64,000 nt of DNA from a virus. A program made the position numbers and the translations under genes. Location of the stretch: positions 1 to 64,000 of the IMG/VR virus record IMGVR_UViG_3300002053_001113. The stretch is one strand, 5' to 3'. The notes beneath the pieces are model-generated. The model had not been told where the DNA came from, searched no databases, and saw nothing but the letters and a program-made list of their open reading frames with translations. Every line of letters begins with the position of its first letter. The first letter of the stretch is position 1. This document shows, piece by piece, positions 39,392 to 48,331 of the stretch.

Positions 39392-40047
39392 ATGTAAACG
39401 AGATATTTGAGAGCATACAAGGTGAAGGACCATTTACAGGCAAGCCTGCTGTGTTTGTGAGGCTGTGGGGTTGTATCAAACCATATTGTAGTTTCTGTGA
39501 TACAAAATATGCTTGGAGCAACAAAAAGAAAGAAGCAAAAGGTATGGACGTTAGTGATATCATAAAAAAGGTTGAGAAATATAAATCAAAATTTGTTGTA
39601 ATAACAGGAGGAGAACCTTTTGCACAGGAAAAGGTTTATTATTTAATTAACAGGCTATTAGGTGATGGATATAAAGTTCAAGTTGAAACAAGTGGAAAGG
39701 CAGAGATACTTAAAAATAGATTTGATGATTTTATGAGTGATAATTTAAGTATTATAATGTCACCAAAACAATACAATGGAAGATTTAAGGTATTTGACAA
39801 TAAAACACTTGATGTAGCTGACGTTTATAAGTTTGTTGTTGAAAATAAAGAAGAGTTGAATAATGTAATTGAATTTGTAAGGTGGAATAATATTGAGAAA
39901 AAACGTGTATTCCTAATGCCTAAAGGTGCTACACGTAAGGAGCAGTTAAAGATTAGCCAACAAGTGATTAAGTGGTGTATTGATAATGGTTTTAATTTTT
40001 CAACAAGATTACATATATTAATTTGGGATAGAAAAAGAAAGGTGTGA
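39388..40047 (+). CDS. queE: 7-carboxy-7-deazaguanine synthase (radical SAM)
   Basis: EIFESIQGEG...VFVRLWGC...CSFCDT, ITGGEP, ETSG, SPK, KFVV, RLH. Confidence 0.93.
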   Translation: MNVNEIFESIQGEGPFTGKPAVFVRLWGCIKPYCSFCDTKYAWSNKKKEAKGMDVSDIIKKVEKYKSKFVVITGGEPFAQEKVYYLINRLLGDGYKVQVETSGKAEILKNRFDDFMSDNLSIIMSPKQYNGRFKVFDNKTLDVADVYKFVVENKEELNNVIEFVRWNNIEKKRVFLMPKGATRKEQLKISQQVIKWCIDNGFNFSTRLHILIWDRKRKV

Positions 40048-40507
40048 ACAGGAGTAGTAATTACCCGAGATTGCTACGCTACAATAGGAGGGACTGAGGC
40101 ATCTGGAGTAGCAACCTAACTGCCGAACACCTCCAACTCCTTCACAAAACCTAAACAAAAAGGAAGTGGCTGAAATTAAGGCACGTGGATTAATCTCCTC
40201 TCTATAAGTCTGGGGTAAACGGTCTGGCAAGTCCTTTTATGAAAAAGGTGGAAATTCCAGTGGCAGGTGGAAGACCTTCCTTCCTTTATAACTCTCTGTT
40301 TTCATGGTGAATAGGTGTTCTGGGACCTCGTCTCCCAGCCCTCACCCTAATTTCTAAATTTTAATTTTAACACCAATGAGAACAATAGAAGTTTTTGGCT
40401 ACTATGCCAGCTATTACTACCACAGCCACGATTAAGGCAGTAACGAAGATTAGAGTAATCACCATACGTATCTTGTGTTTTGTTTTTCTATTCATTTATT
40501 GTGTGTT

Positions 40508-40684
40508 TTATACCTGTTCAATCATATAAATGTTTTCAGGTTGCATTAAGGCTAATTGTCTTTGTTCTTTTTTTGCTTCTTCAAAGCTGTTATATATAGT
40601 ATCTTCTTTCTCATCTACATCAACTGGTATGTAGGCTACTATTTTATATTTTCCACTATTTGGATATTTAACTCTTGCTGCCAT
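40508..40684 (-). CDS. Hypothetical protein
   Basis: ORF track, start at MAARV; GGTG RBS. Confidence 0.55.
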   Translation of the reverse strand: MAARVKYPNSGKYKIVAYIPVDVDEKEDTIYNSFEEAKKEQRQLALMQPENIYMIEQV

Positions 40685-41131
40685 TTTTTCCACCCCTCAT
40701 TATTCTATATAATATTAAAAAGATAAAGATTATAATCATTATTGTAAATCCAAATATCACTTGCTCATTACTTATTTGGAGTGCCATTTATTCATCCTCA
40801 TAATCTGGGAAAAATACTTTTTGAACTTCTTTTCCATCTTTAAATGCTTGTATTAATGTTTGACTATTCTCTTCATCTAACTCAAAAGTTACTCCTTCTC
40901 CTCTTGCTACATCAAACATTATTTCAACTCTTTGTTTCTTTCTCATTTTGTTCCACTCCGTTTCTTTTCTTTGATTTATACCACTGCCACTCAAATGTGA
41001 TAAGTGCTATAATAAGTAATGCTATTGCTAACCAATTTATAGCAGTAATAAGACAGGTGTAGATGGCTAATAACACAAACATCATCATCATTACACTTTC
41101 CACAACATCAAAAGGAAATGTTGTTCCATAT

Positions 41132-41461
41132 TTAATCTGTTTTCTTCCCATCTCTATCTCCCCATAAGTCACCAACTATAATATTACAATTATGCTTTTC
41201 TTTTAATACTTTTCTATGTTTTGCCACCAATGATTCACTTGTTGTGACAAACCTTTTTTGTTGTTCATTTGAAATTAAATATTGAAAAAAGTCGTATAAT
41301 GATATAATATCTCTTTCAGTAAGTTTTTCTATTTCCATAAACTCCAAATCAGCCTCCTCCTGTAATTCTTTGTCACTCATTTTACCTAACATATCAAATA
41401 TGTCTTTTGGTGTTGGTTTCTTTTTGTCACTTGTTATTCTCATTTTAACACTTGCCCTCAT
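41132..41461 (-). CDS. Hypothetical protein
   Basis: ORF track; part of an overlapping - strand gene chain. Confidence 0.6.
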   Translation of the reverse strand: MRASVKMRITSDKKKPTPKDIFDMLGKMSDKELQEEADLEFMEIEKLTERDIISLYDFFQYLISNEQQKRFVTTSESLVAKHRKVLKEKHNCNIIVGDLWGDRDGKKTD

Positions 41462-41951
41462 CTGGCTTTAAGCCAATTTTCCTATCTACTTTTAATGCTA
41501 TTTTCCTTGTCAAAGCAAACAGCTTATAAAAGTCTTCTATTGTCCATTTTGTATCTGTGAATCCGTGACCCATTTTCAATCCTATACTTTGTAGTTTCCT
41601 CACATCTCTTCTTATTGCATCCCATTCTTTTCCTTTAGGAACCTCTATATCATATAAATGGTCACTTGCTGCATTCATCATCATCTCAATTTCCTTTGCT
41701 AAATATTTCTCATAGTCACCATCATATACTTTATCTGCTATCTCCACAAACATCTTTAAGTATTGCATATAAGGAAACCCATAGTTTAAGGTATCTGGCG
41801 GACTTCCACTTATCATCAACTTTCTATTCTTAGGTGTTTCGTCCATCCACTTTTTGTATATCCTCATTTTACTTGCGTTAAAATGTTCAATATGTTCTGC
41901 AAACTTTACCAAACATATTACTAATCCTTTTCCATATTCTGATTTAGCCAT
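41445..41951 (-). CDS. Hypothetical protein
   Basis: ORF track; GGAGG RBS. Confidence 0.72.
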   Translation of the reverse strand: MAKSEYGKGLVICLVKFAEHIEHFNASKMRIYKKWMDETPKNRKLMISGSPPDTLNYGFPYMQYLKMFVEIADKVYDGDYEKYLAKEIEMMMNAASDHLYDIEVPKGKEWDAIRRDVRKLQSIGLKMGHGFTDTKWTIEDFYKLFALTRKIALKVDRKIGLKPDEGKC

Positions 41952-42129
41952 CTTTCTTCCTCCTCCTAAAATTTATAATCACAAGTATAATTATAATAAT
42001 GAAGGAGACAAGCAAGTAAATCTCCTCTACTAAATCACCAAACCACCCTGCTATTACATTATGAAATAAAGCCAATAGGCAGAGGACTATAATAATGAAA
42101 GTTAAAATTGGAAATCGTTCATCACTCAT
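41944..42129 (-). CDS. Small 2-TM protein
   Basis: Hydrophobic; coupled overlap. Confidence 0.6.
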   Translation of the reverse strand: MSDERFPILTFIIIVLCLLALFHNVIAGWFGDLVEEIYLLVSFIIIIILVIINFRRRKKDG

Positions 42130-42379
42130 TTTTTCTCTCCTTATATCTCTTTACATTAATGTTGTGGCAATGACGGCAAATTGATTTACTATAATTAGCC
42201 TTACGTTTAAGGCATTGATTACAATAACCAAGCCTCTTTGCCTTCTCTCTTCTCTTTGCCATATATTTTTTGTTATACTCCTGCCACTTCTTTTTGTTCT
42301 TTTCTATATATTTCTTACGTGTTTTAGCATACTTTCCACTCTCAACATATTTTCTCATATATTTATTTTTAATCACCAT
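42122..42379 (-). CDS. Basic Zn-finger protein
   Basis: CNQC...CRHC; K/R-rich. Confidence 0.62.
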   Translation of the reverse strand: MVIKNKYMRKYVESGKYAKTRKKYIEKNKKKWQEYNKKYMAKRREKAKRLGYCNQCLKRKANYSKSICRHCHNINVKRYKERKNE

Positions 42380-42708
42380 CTTTTATTATCCTCTATCATT
42401 CTTTTACTAATGGCTATTACATAACCAATCCAAATTAAAATAAACTCCAACAAGCAAAGGAAAATATAATCCCAAAAGGTTCGTTCACCATATAACACAA
42501 CATCAAAGTAAGCCATAACAGGTATCAAAAATAAAAAGACAGCTAAAATAAGTGGTAAATGTAATCTTATTTCTACTATGTCTTTAACCATATAACTTCC
42601 AATCTTATTTAATACTTTTGATAACTTACTTTCTCTTTTCATCCTCATTTCACCTGTTTTTTTGTTAAAACTATACTTTTTCATCATATTTATCAAAATC
42701 CGTCTCAT
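42373..42708 (-). CDS. 2-TM membrane protein
   Basis: ORF track. Confidence 0.6.
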   Translation of the reverse strand: MRRILINMMKKYSFNKKTGEMRMKRESKLSKVLNKIGSYMVKDIVEIRLHLPLILAVFLFLIPVMAYFDVVLYGERTFWDYIFLCLLEFILIWIGYVIAISKRMIEDNKRW

Positions 42709-43022
42709 TTAAACACTTGATTTCCACACGTTCTTGCGGTAGTTAATAGTTTAACACCCGCGGATTTATCCACCACTTAAACCTAATTTATCTACTTAGA
42801 TAGTTTAGGTTTAACGTGTGATTGTTGTTTAACGTGTATTGTGTAATAAAAGTGGTGAAAACGTGGAATTTCAGTGTTTGTGTGTGTTTAACCACCCTGT
42901 TTATATTAAATAACACCCCACACCATGATTTATACAATTAATCATAACATATATACCCACAATTATCATTAAAATTAGGATAGTGATTGTAAATATCCAC
43001 ACCCACACATTTTTATTCATAT

Positions 43023-43196
43023 TTAATCATCTTTATCAAGCAACATAACAACAATAAACTCTTCCACATTATTACTTTCCATTTGTGTGCTTTCAGTAGC
43101 TATAAAGGTTTCTGCCTCTGCTTTTGTGTCAAAAATATCTTTTTCATAGCCACAATACTCCCCATCAGTGTTTAAGGCTATTACTTGATATTTCAT
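43023..43196 (-). CDS. Small acidic protein (57 aa)
   Basis: Manual translation MKYQVIALNTDGEY...FDTKAEAE; coupled to the upstream gene. Confidence 0.55.
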   Translation of the reverse strand: MKYQVIALNTDGEYCGYEKDIFDTKAEAETFIATESTQMESNNVEEFIVVMLLDKDD

Positions 43197-43369
43197 TTTC
43201 TTACACCAGGAAAAGTTTTTACTAAATCACTATAATTTTTCATAATTTCAATTATTGTGTCTCTCTCTAATCCAGAGATTTGACTAACTGTCTTTACATC
43301 AAACATATTAGTCACTCCACTCTCTCTCACCTTTTCATATGCTTCAAAATCTTCTTTTGATATCTCCAT
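43193..43369 (-). CDS. DUF5049-like small protein
   Basis: Manual translation ...KVRESGVTNMFDVKTV...; the xRxSGxTNMFD motif. Confidence 0.65.
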   Translation of the reverse strand: MEISKEDFEAYEKVRESGVTNMFDVKTVSQISGLERDTIIEIMKNYSDLVKTFPGVRK

Positions 43370-43549
43370 GTTACTCCACCTCAGTATTTTATAATCTTAC
43401 CACAATTGCAACAAATAACTACCCCACCACTGGTTACTGCAATCTCTCTTCCTTCTTCACTGCATTTACATACGTCTTCTTCCAAAATAATCCACCCACC
43501 TATTTATGGTTAAAATAAAAAAATTCAAAAAAAAATTTACTGAAACAAT

Positions 43550-43954
43550 TTATATGGTGTTTTGAACATAATAAATGACATTACGTCCTGAAGTTCTTTT
43601 ATGGACACCTTTATGGCTTGCCTTTATTTTTGACAATACATAATGGGATTGGCGCCCATCCAAGCCATATGCCTTATTCAAAACATCTGATGACATCTCT
43701 GCACCTTTTAGCATCTTATCATAGACCTCTATCATAATCTGCTTCAGTCGTCCTCGCTTGCCAGTATTTCGCCTTTTACTTGGTCTTCCTCTGCTATTTA
43801 AACTGACATAGGGGTCAAGTTCCTTAGCAAGTGCAGCTAACTCAACTATGACAGCCTTTAGACGTTTAGCATAATCCACATAACGTCCTCTTTGGTTGTC
43901 ATATCTGTTTGCCTTCTCTGACAGTTCTGTCAGTTGTTCTATCAGTGTTTTCAT
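43550..43954 (-). CDS. Coiled-coil plus wHTH-like DNA-binding protein
   Basis: N-terminal coiled coil, GRP AT-hook-like segment, C-terminal helix-turn-helix/wing; GGAGG RBS. Confidence 0.6.
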   Translation of the reverse strand: MKTLIEQLTELSEKANRYDNQRGRYVDYAKRLKAVIVELAALAKELDPYVSLNSRGRPSKRRNTGKRGRLKQIMIEVYDKMLKGAEMSSDVLNKAYGLDGRQSHYVLSKIKASHKGVHKRTSGRNVIYYVQNTI

Positions 43955-44090
43955 ATATATTCCTCCTTCACCTTTTAAGTGAATATAAAATAAAAAAAGT
44001 CTGGATTAAGTTAGGAGAGACAATGGTGAAGAGGTGAAGAAACTCCACCCATTCCGCCTCTGCCTTCTCGTTCTAAAATCCAAACTTTTT

Positions 44091-44213
44091 TTATATGATA
44101 AGGCCATACTCTTTCAGTTTGGCCTCGGTGTCTATATTTTTTCCAGGCAACATTTTCTTTAATCCGTTCTCTACGATGTTGCCAAATCCTAAATGTTTTT
44201 CTACGTCGTCCAT
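44091..44213 (-). CDS. Small hypothetical protein (40 aa)
   Basis: Manual translation MDDVEKHLGFG...; GGAGGT RBS and TATA promoter at 44257-44276. Confidence 0.55.
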   Translation of the reverse strand: MDDVEKHLGFGNIVENGLKKMLPGKNIDTEAKLKEYGLII

Positions 44214-44401
44214 TTTAATGACCTCCTGTTATTACATTATTTTTTAAGTTGAATAAGTATATAAATTTTTTGATTATACGTTATTCTCATCAGTTAATTC
44301 TGCAATCCATTCATCAATTAAATCTCTTGCACTTTCTAAATCTTCAATTTCTGGAGATGTGCCAAACACATCTTCAAGCCATTTTCTATCAAGTTTTTCC
44401 A

Positions 44402-44632
44402 TTATTCTCCTCCCTCCACTTCTATGTCATAAACATAATTATCTTCATCTTGTGGCAAACCTTTTATATAGTTCTCTGCCTCTTCTTTTGTTTTAAAACC
44501 TGTTTTCAGTTTTTCAATTTTAATCACACTAAATCTCCGCCTCTTTTCCAAAACATCAACTAATATGTTTGCCACGGTGTTATTACTCTTGCCTTCCAAC
44601 AAATCAACTATTCTTTCAGCTATTGTCTTCAT
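44402..44632 (-). CDS. Hypothetical protein
   Basis: ORF track. Confidence 0.6.
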   Translation of the reverse strand: MKTIAERIVDLLEGKSNNTVANILVDVLEKRRRFSVIKIEKLKTGFKTKEEAENYIKGLPQDEDNYVYDIEVEGGE

Positions 44633-44819
44633 TTTCCACCTTTACAATATCATACTCACCAATTCTTTTGTATGTATCTTTCTTTGTTTTTATGTAAAAT
44701 TCTTCACCTGTTTTATATTCCACACACACCACAGTGCTTGAAGGTGGAATAATATATGCCTTGTCTTCTTTAATCAACTTGTCTATTGTTTTCTGGTTTA
44801 ATATCTCCTTTACTTTCAT
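44616..44819 (-). CDS. Hypothetical protein
   Basis: ORF track. Confidence 0.6.
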   Translation of the reverse strand: MKVKEILNQKTIDKLIKEDKAYIIPPSSTVVCVEYKTGEEFYIKTKKDTYKRIGEYDIVKVENEDNS

Positions 44820-44928
44820 TTTTCAATTACCCCCGTCACATATTTAAAACTTTCAATTACATCATCTGGTGCATTTGTTTTAATTAACCAATCATAAACA
44901 ACACCGTATTCGTCATCAAAATCTACAC

Positions 44929-45189
44929 TCATTTTCTTTCCTCCATTAGTTTCCTTGCCTTTGCTAAGGCTTGTTTTTTAGTATTAAAAGCAAAATACTC
45001 ACCTTTATCTTTTCCATCAGTTCTGCCTATCCAAACCCTATATTCTCCATAATTTAACTTATATTCCTCGTCCTCCTCATAAACCAAAATTGTTTTTGGT
45101 ATCTTATTTGATAGCGTAAAATATTCAACTGCAATCCAACTTTTGTCCTTTGGTTGTTCAACAACCTTTCCCCAATCTGTTAGTGCCAT
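44929..45189 (-). CDS. Hypothetical protein directly downstream of E1
   Basis: ATG immediately follows the E1 stop codon. Confidence 0.65.
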   Translation of the reverse strand: MALTDWGKVVEQPKDKSWIAVEYFTLSNKIPKTILVYEEDEEYKLNYGEYRVWIGRTDGKDKGEYFAFNTKKQALAKARKLMEERK

Positions 45190-45837
45190 TTAAATCATCT
45201 GTGGTAATGTATAATCTAAAGTTATAAAATTCTTTAATTCATAACCTTTATAAGCTTGAACAATAGTATTGCAAACAAGACTGGCAACACCCAAAACGGT
45301 GAAAATAATTGCTCTCTCTGTGCAACGTTCCTGCACTGCCTCTTCATCTGTAAATAATGTCTCCTCATACAACGCTACTCTTTTTTTGCTTGTCATATCA
45401 ACATTATAAACCTGTCCTTGTAGTCCTGCCATACGTGTATCAATAAACAATTGAACCTTATCTCTCTTACAAGCATCAAATACAACTTTTCTTGCCTTCA
45501 TTTTATCTACACAACAAATCACTATTTGACTGTCAAGTTTTTGTCCTTTGTATTCACCAAATGTTTCTACCTCTACCTCTTCATTAAACTCCTGCATCCA
45601 ATCTCTGGTAGCTTTTGCTTTACGCAAACCAATATCACTTTCCGTAAAAAATTGATTTGGTAAGTTGTGTTCTTCAACTTTATCAAAATCATAAAGAGCA
45701 AATTTTTGCAAACCCATTTTTGCCAAACTTACTGCAACATAACTACCAACTGCTCCACAACCAATAATAGCTATCTTGTTTTCTTGATAGTCATTTACAT
45801 TTATAATTCCAATTTGTCTATCATATCTTTTTGCCAT
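45190..45837 (-). CDS. E1-like ubiquitin-activating enzyme (ThiF/MoeB family)
   Basis: RYDRQ, IIGCGAVGS, YDFDKVEEHNLPNQ, CCVD, IDTR, candidate catalytic Cys in ERCTERA; start set at MAKRY. Confidence 0.92.
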   Translation of the reverse strand: MAKRYDRQIGIINVNDYQENKIAIIGCGAVGSYVAVSLAKMGLQKFALYDFDKVEEHNLPNQFFTESDIGLRKAKATRDWMQEFNEEVEVETFGEYKGQKLDSQIVICCVDKMKARKVVFDACKRDKVQLFIDTRMAGLQGQVYNVDMTSKKRVALYEETLFTDEEAVQERCTERAIIFTVLGVASLVCNTIVQAYKGYELKNFITLDYTLPQMI

Positions 45838-45838
45838 A

Positions 45839-46465
45839 TTAAACACCAAAAAACGGCAGTCCTTTTCTTTTTGTAGTTTCAACAACTATAAAACCTGTTC
45901 CACCACAACAACCACATTCCTGCCAGTCTCTATCATCCTCTTCAACCTTTTCCTCTATCTCCTCATATATTTTTCCAACATCAACCTCTTTACTAAAATC
46001 TATTGGAACATCTAAAAATGGTTCAATGTCATCAACACTCACATAATTTCCATTTTTAAGTTTTGAATCTAATCTACACTTATAACTCATTCCCCCCTTT
46101 CTTATGTTGCCTTTAAATGCTACAACAATACCAAAACACATATCACTCAAATTGCATAAACGTTGAAAACATTTATCATCATCTTTACTCCAAAATGTAT
46201 TCATAGTATTATGAGAATGCCACCAGCCTATTACACTACTCAACATCTTACAACTGGCATTCTTTGTAAAGTCCATCATAGCTTTCTCACTAATCTCAAA
46301 ATGTGAAGTTGTTTTTCTCTGTCCTAAAAGTATTGCCTTATTAACAACTAAATCGCCATTCTTCTTTATTTTACCTAATAACAAACCACCTATCTCTCCA
46401 TCTTTTACATTACGAGAGTAAGCTTCCATATATCTATATGCCTTCTCCTTTATAATCACTGTCAT
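45839..46465 (-). CDS. JAB/MPN+ (JAMM) metallo-isopeptidase
   Basis: EIGGLLLG ... IGWWHSHNTMNTFWSKDD (E, HxH, SxxD). Confidence 0.92.
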   Translation of the reverse strand: MTVIIKEKAYRYMEAYSRNVKDGEIGGLLLGKIKKNGDLVVNKAILLGQRKTTSHFEISEKAMMDFTKNASCKMLSSVIGWWHSHNTMNTFWSKDDDKCFQRLCNLSDMCFGIVVAFKGNIRKGGMSYKCRLDSKLKNGNYVSVDDIEPFLDVPIDFSKEVDVGKIYEEIEEKVEEDDRDWQECGCCGGTGFIVVETTKRKGLPFFGV

Positions 46466-47103
46466 TTTTTCACCTTTATGTATGGTTTTAAAATTTTAAT
46501 TGCATCCTTTTTAATTTTACCACTAAATTCAACTAATTCTCCTCGTCTATTATATTTCTTATGAAGTTTTTCTAACTTTGGAATTAGTTTGTTATTCCTA
46601 ATTTCAGTTGCCCATTTTGCTTGCAACCTAATCATATCATAATAAAAAGCTTCAGTTTCACCTCTCTCGGGGTCTCCATCTTCTAACAAATCTAATATTG
46701 TTCTCGCCAGCCAATACCAGTCTAAATTATGTTTCATAATATAAACATCATCTTCAGCACTACCCCAACAAATCTTATTTCCCCAGTGGTCTTTAATGTG
46801 ATAGTGATGCACTCCTTCCCCGCCTCCAACACCTCCATTTACTCTTTTTAAATAAACTCTCAAAACCTCTTCACCTACTCGTTGTGATATTCTAATTTTA
46901 AAACAGCCAATAGAACAAAGAAAAACTCCTTTATATTTTCGTCCTTTAGGAACAGGATTAATAGGATTTGTGATTATAGTAATGCCACGTGATGTCTGCT
47001 TAACAGAATTTATTCTTCCATCTTCTTTTAACATTTTTGCTGCTTGTGCCTTATTATACATTACCTCATACATTCTCCGTTTCTTATAAAAGTGCATAGC
47101 CAT
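46462..47103 (-). CDS. Prokaryotic E2-like ubiquitin-conjugating enzyme
   Basis: HHYHIKDHWGNKICWGS followed by W...ILDLLE helix mirrors the UBC HPN(I)...GxIC(L) active site; located between Ubl and JAB. Confidence 0.75.
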   Translation of the reverse strand: MAMHFYKKRRMYEVMYNKAQAAKMLKEDGRINSVKQTSRGITIITNPINPVPKGRKYKGVFLCSIGCFKIRISQRVGEEVLRVYLKRVNGGVGGGEGVHHYHIKDHWGNKICWGSAEDDVYIMKHNLDWYWLARTILDLLEDGDPERGETEAFYYDMIRLQAKWATEIRNNKLIPKLEKLHKKYNRRGELVEFSGKIKKDAIKILKPYIKVKK

Positions 47104-47132
47104 TTTAAAAATAAAAAAAAAGGTAACTGGAA

Positions 47133-47423
47133 TTACCAGCTACCTCTTACTTTTGTGGTTACAGCAATTTTACTGAATTTGTGCGCCTTTTCAGAAAGTG
47201 TAACCTTCTTCCAAGTTCGTCCTCTTTCAGGTATTGCCTCAACCTTAATTTCACTGTCGTCCGTAGGTATGTCAGCTTTTTCCAAAGCACGTTTAATTGT
47301 GTCAGACTTGGTCACCTCAATAAAGATTGGGTGTGCTCCAATTCTTCTAACCTCAACTAATTTGCCTTTAAGCCTATCTACCTCTTTGGCTTTCAGTTTT
47401 TTTAGTTCTGTCTTTGTTGGCAT
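47133..47423 (-). CDS. Ubiquitin-like (beta-grasp) protein, C-terminus VTTKVRG-SW
   Basis: VEVRRIG..IFIEV..DTIKRALEKADI...IKV...IAVTTKVRG beta-grasp pattern; GGAGGGTGG RBS; first gene of the E2-JAB-E1 operon. Confidence 0.78.
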   Translation of the reverse strand: MPTKTELKKLKAKEVDRLKGKLVEVRRIGAHPIFIEVTKSDTIKRALEKADIPTDDSEIKVEAIPERGRTWKKVTLSEKAHKFSKIAVTTKVRGSW

Positions 47424-47624
47424 TAATACCACCCTCCATTTTTTAATCACGTTTTCCACACGTGATATCTCACTACATAATTATATATAGTAAGCCTGAA
47501 AAACCTCGTTATTTCTAACGTGTCTTTGTTTAATCACTATTATCATTTTGTTTTAATTTTACTATTTAGATACATAATTTCTTTCTCTAATTCAAACGCC
47601 TCTTCATTTAGCTGTTCCAATTTA

Positions 47625-47924
47625 TCACAAACTTTTTGATATTTTCTTTGTGCTCTTTTTAGTTCTTTTTTTGTCTCGTCCATCTAAATCAGCCTCAAAT
47701 AAATTAATCTCATAACCGCCATAAGCAATAAGAGGAACACTTTCAGCAACCTTACTTTCTTCACAAAACCTCAGCGCCTCATCAAATGTGTCAAACACAA
47801 TATAATAGTCTTCGCCTTTCTCATTATTAAAATGTGGGTGGCACCAGACACGTATTTCTGGTTTGACTAATTTGCCACCTGTTTCTTGTGTTATATCTTT
47901 AAGTGCTGGAATCTTTAAAAGCAT
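47625..47924 (-). CDS. Hypothetical protein
   Basis: ORF track. Confidence 0.65.
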   Translation of the reverse strand: MLLKIPALKDITQETGGKLVKPEIRVWCHPHFNNEKGEDYYIVFDTFDEALRFCEESKVAESVPLIAYGGYEINLFEADLDGRDKKRTKKSTKKISKSL

Positions 47925-48331
47925 TTTCTTAACCTCTCATTTAAACATTCTAAAACATAATCAGTATAAGCTTTATGTTGTGCACCGTGGCTCCAAAATT
48001 TCAGATGTGCTATCTCGTGCGCCACTGTTTCTTTAATATCATTAAACTTTCTCAATTCACCTAACATTCTTTTAAATGTTTGTTTTGTCCTTCTATCAAC
48101 ATAAGTGCCATCTTTAGATGGAACAAATTTTGCCTTTGTAATATTAACCACAATCTTAAAGGTATCACTTTTCCTATTCAAAAAACACGTTCCTTTCTTT
48201 TTTAGCGTTCCATTTAAATAATACCTAAATATAATATCCTTTGGAACAGGCAGTTTTTCCCACTTAATCACATCTATAGCTACCTCTTTTAATATTTTCA
48301 ACTTTTCTTTTAATTCTGATAATTCAGTCAT
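47915..48331 (-). CDS. Zincin metallopeptidase (SprT/WLM/DUF45-like)
   Basis: TVAHEIAHLKFWSHGAQH (HExxH...H); start at MTELS. Confidence 0.75.
   Translation of the reverse strand: MTELSELKEKLKILKEVAIDVIKWEKLPVPKDIIFRYYLNGTLKKKGTCFLNRKSDTFKIVVNITKAKFVPSKDGTYVDRRTKQTFKRMLGELRKFNDIKETVAHEIAHLKFWSHGAQHKAYTDYVLECLNERLRKCF

Noticed and set aside
40090-40135. Hammerhead ribozyme (CUGA-stem-GAAC)
   Set aside because: Lacks the full CUGANGA core and GAAA; kept only as a generic structured RNA candidate.
45190-45837. ThiF/MoeB for thiamine or molybdopterin synthesis
   Set aside because: No thi/moa genes nearby; flanked by E2 and JAB; lacks the paired CxxC Zn motifs of canonical ThiF/MoeB.
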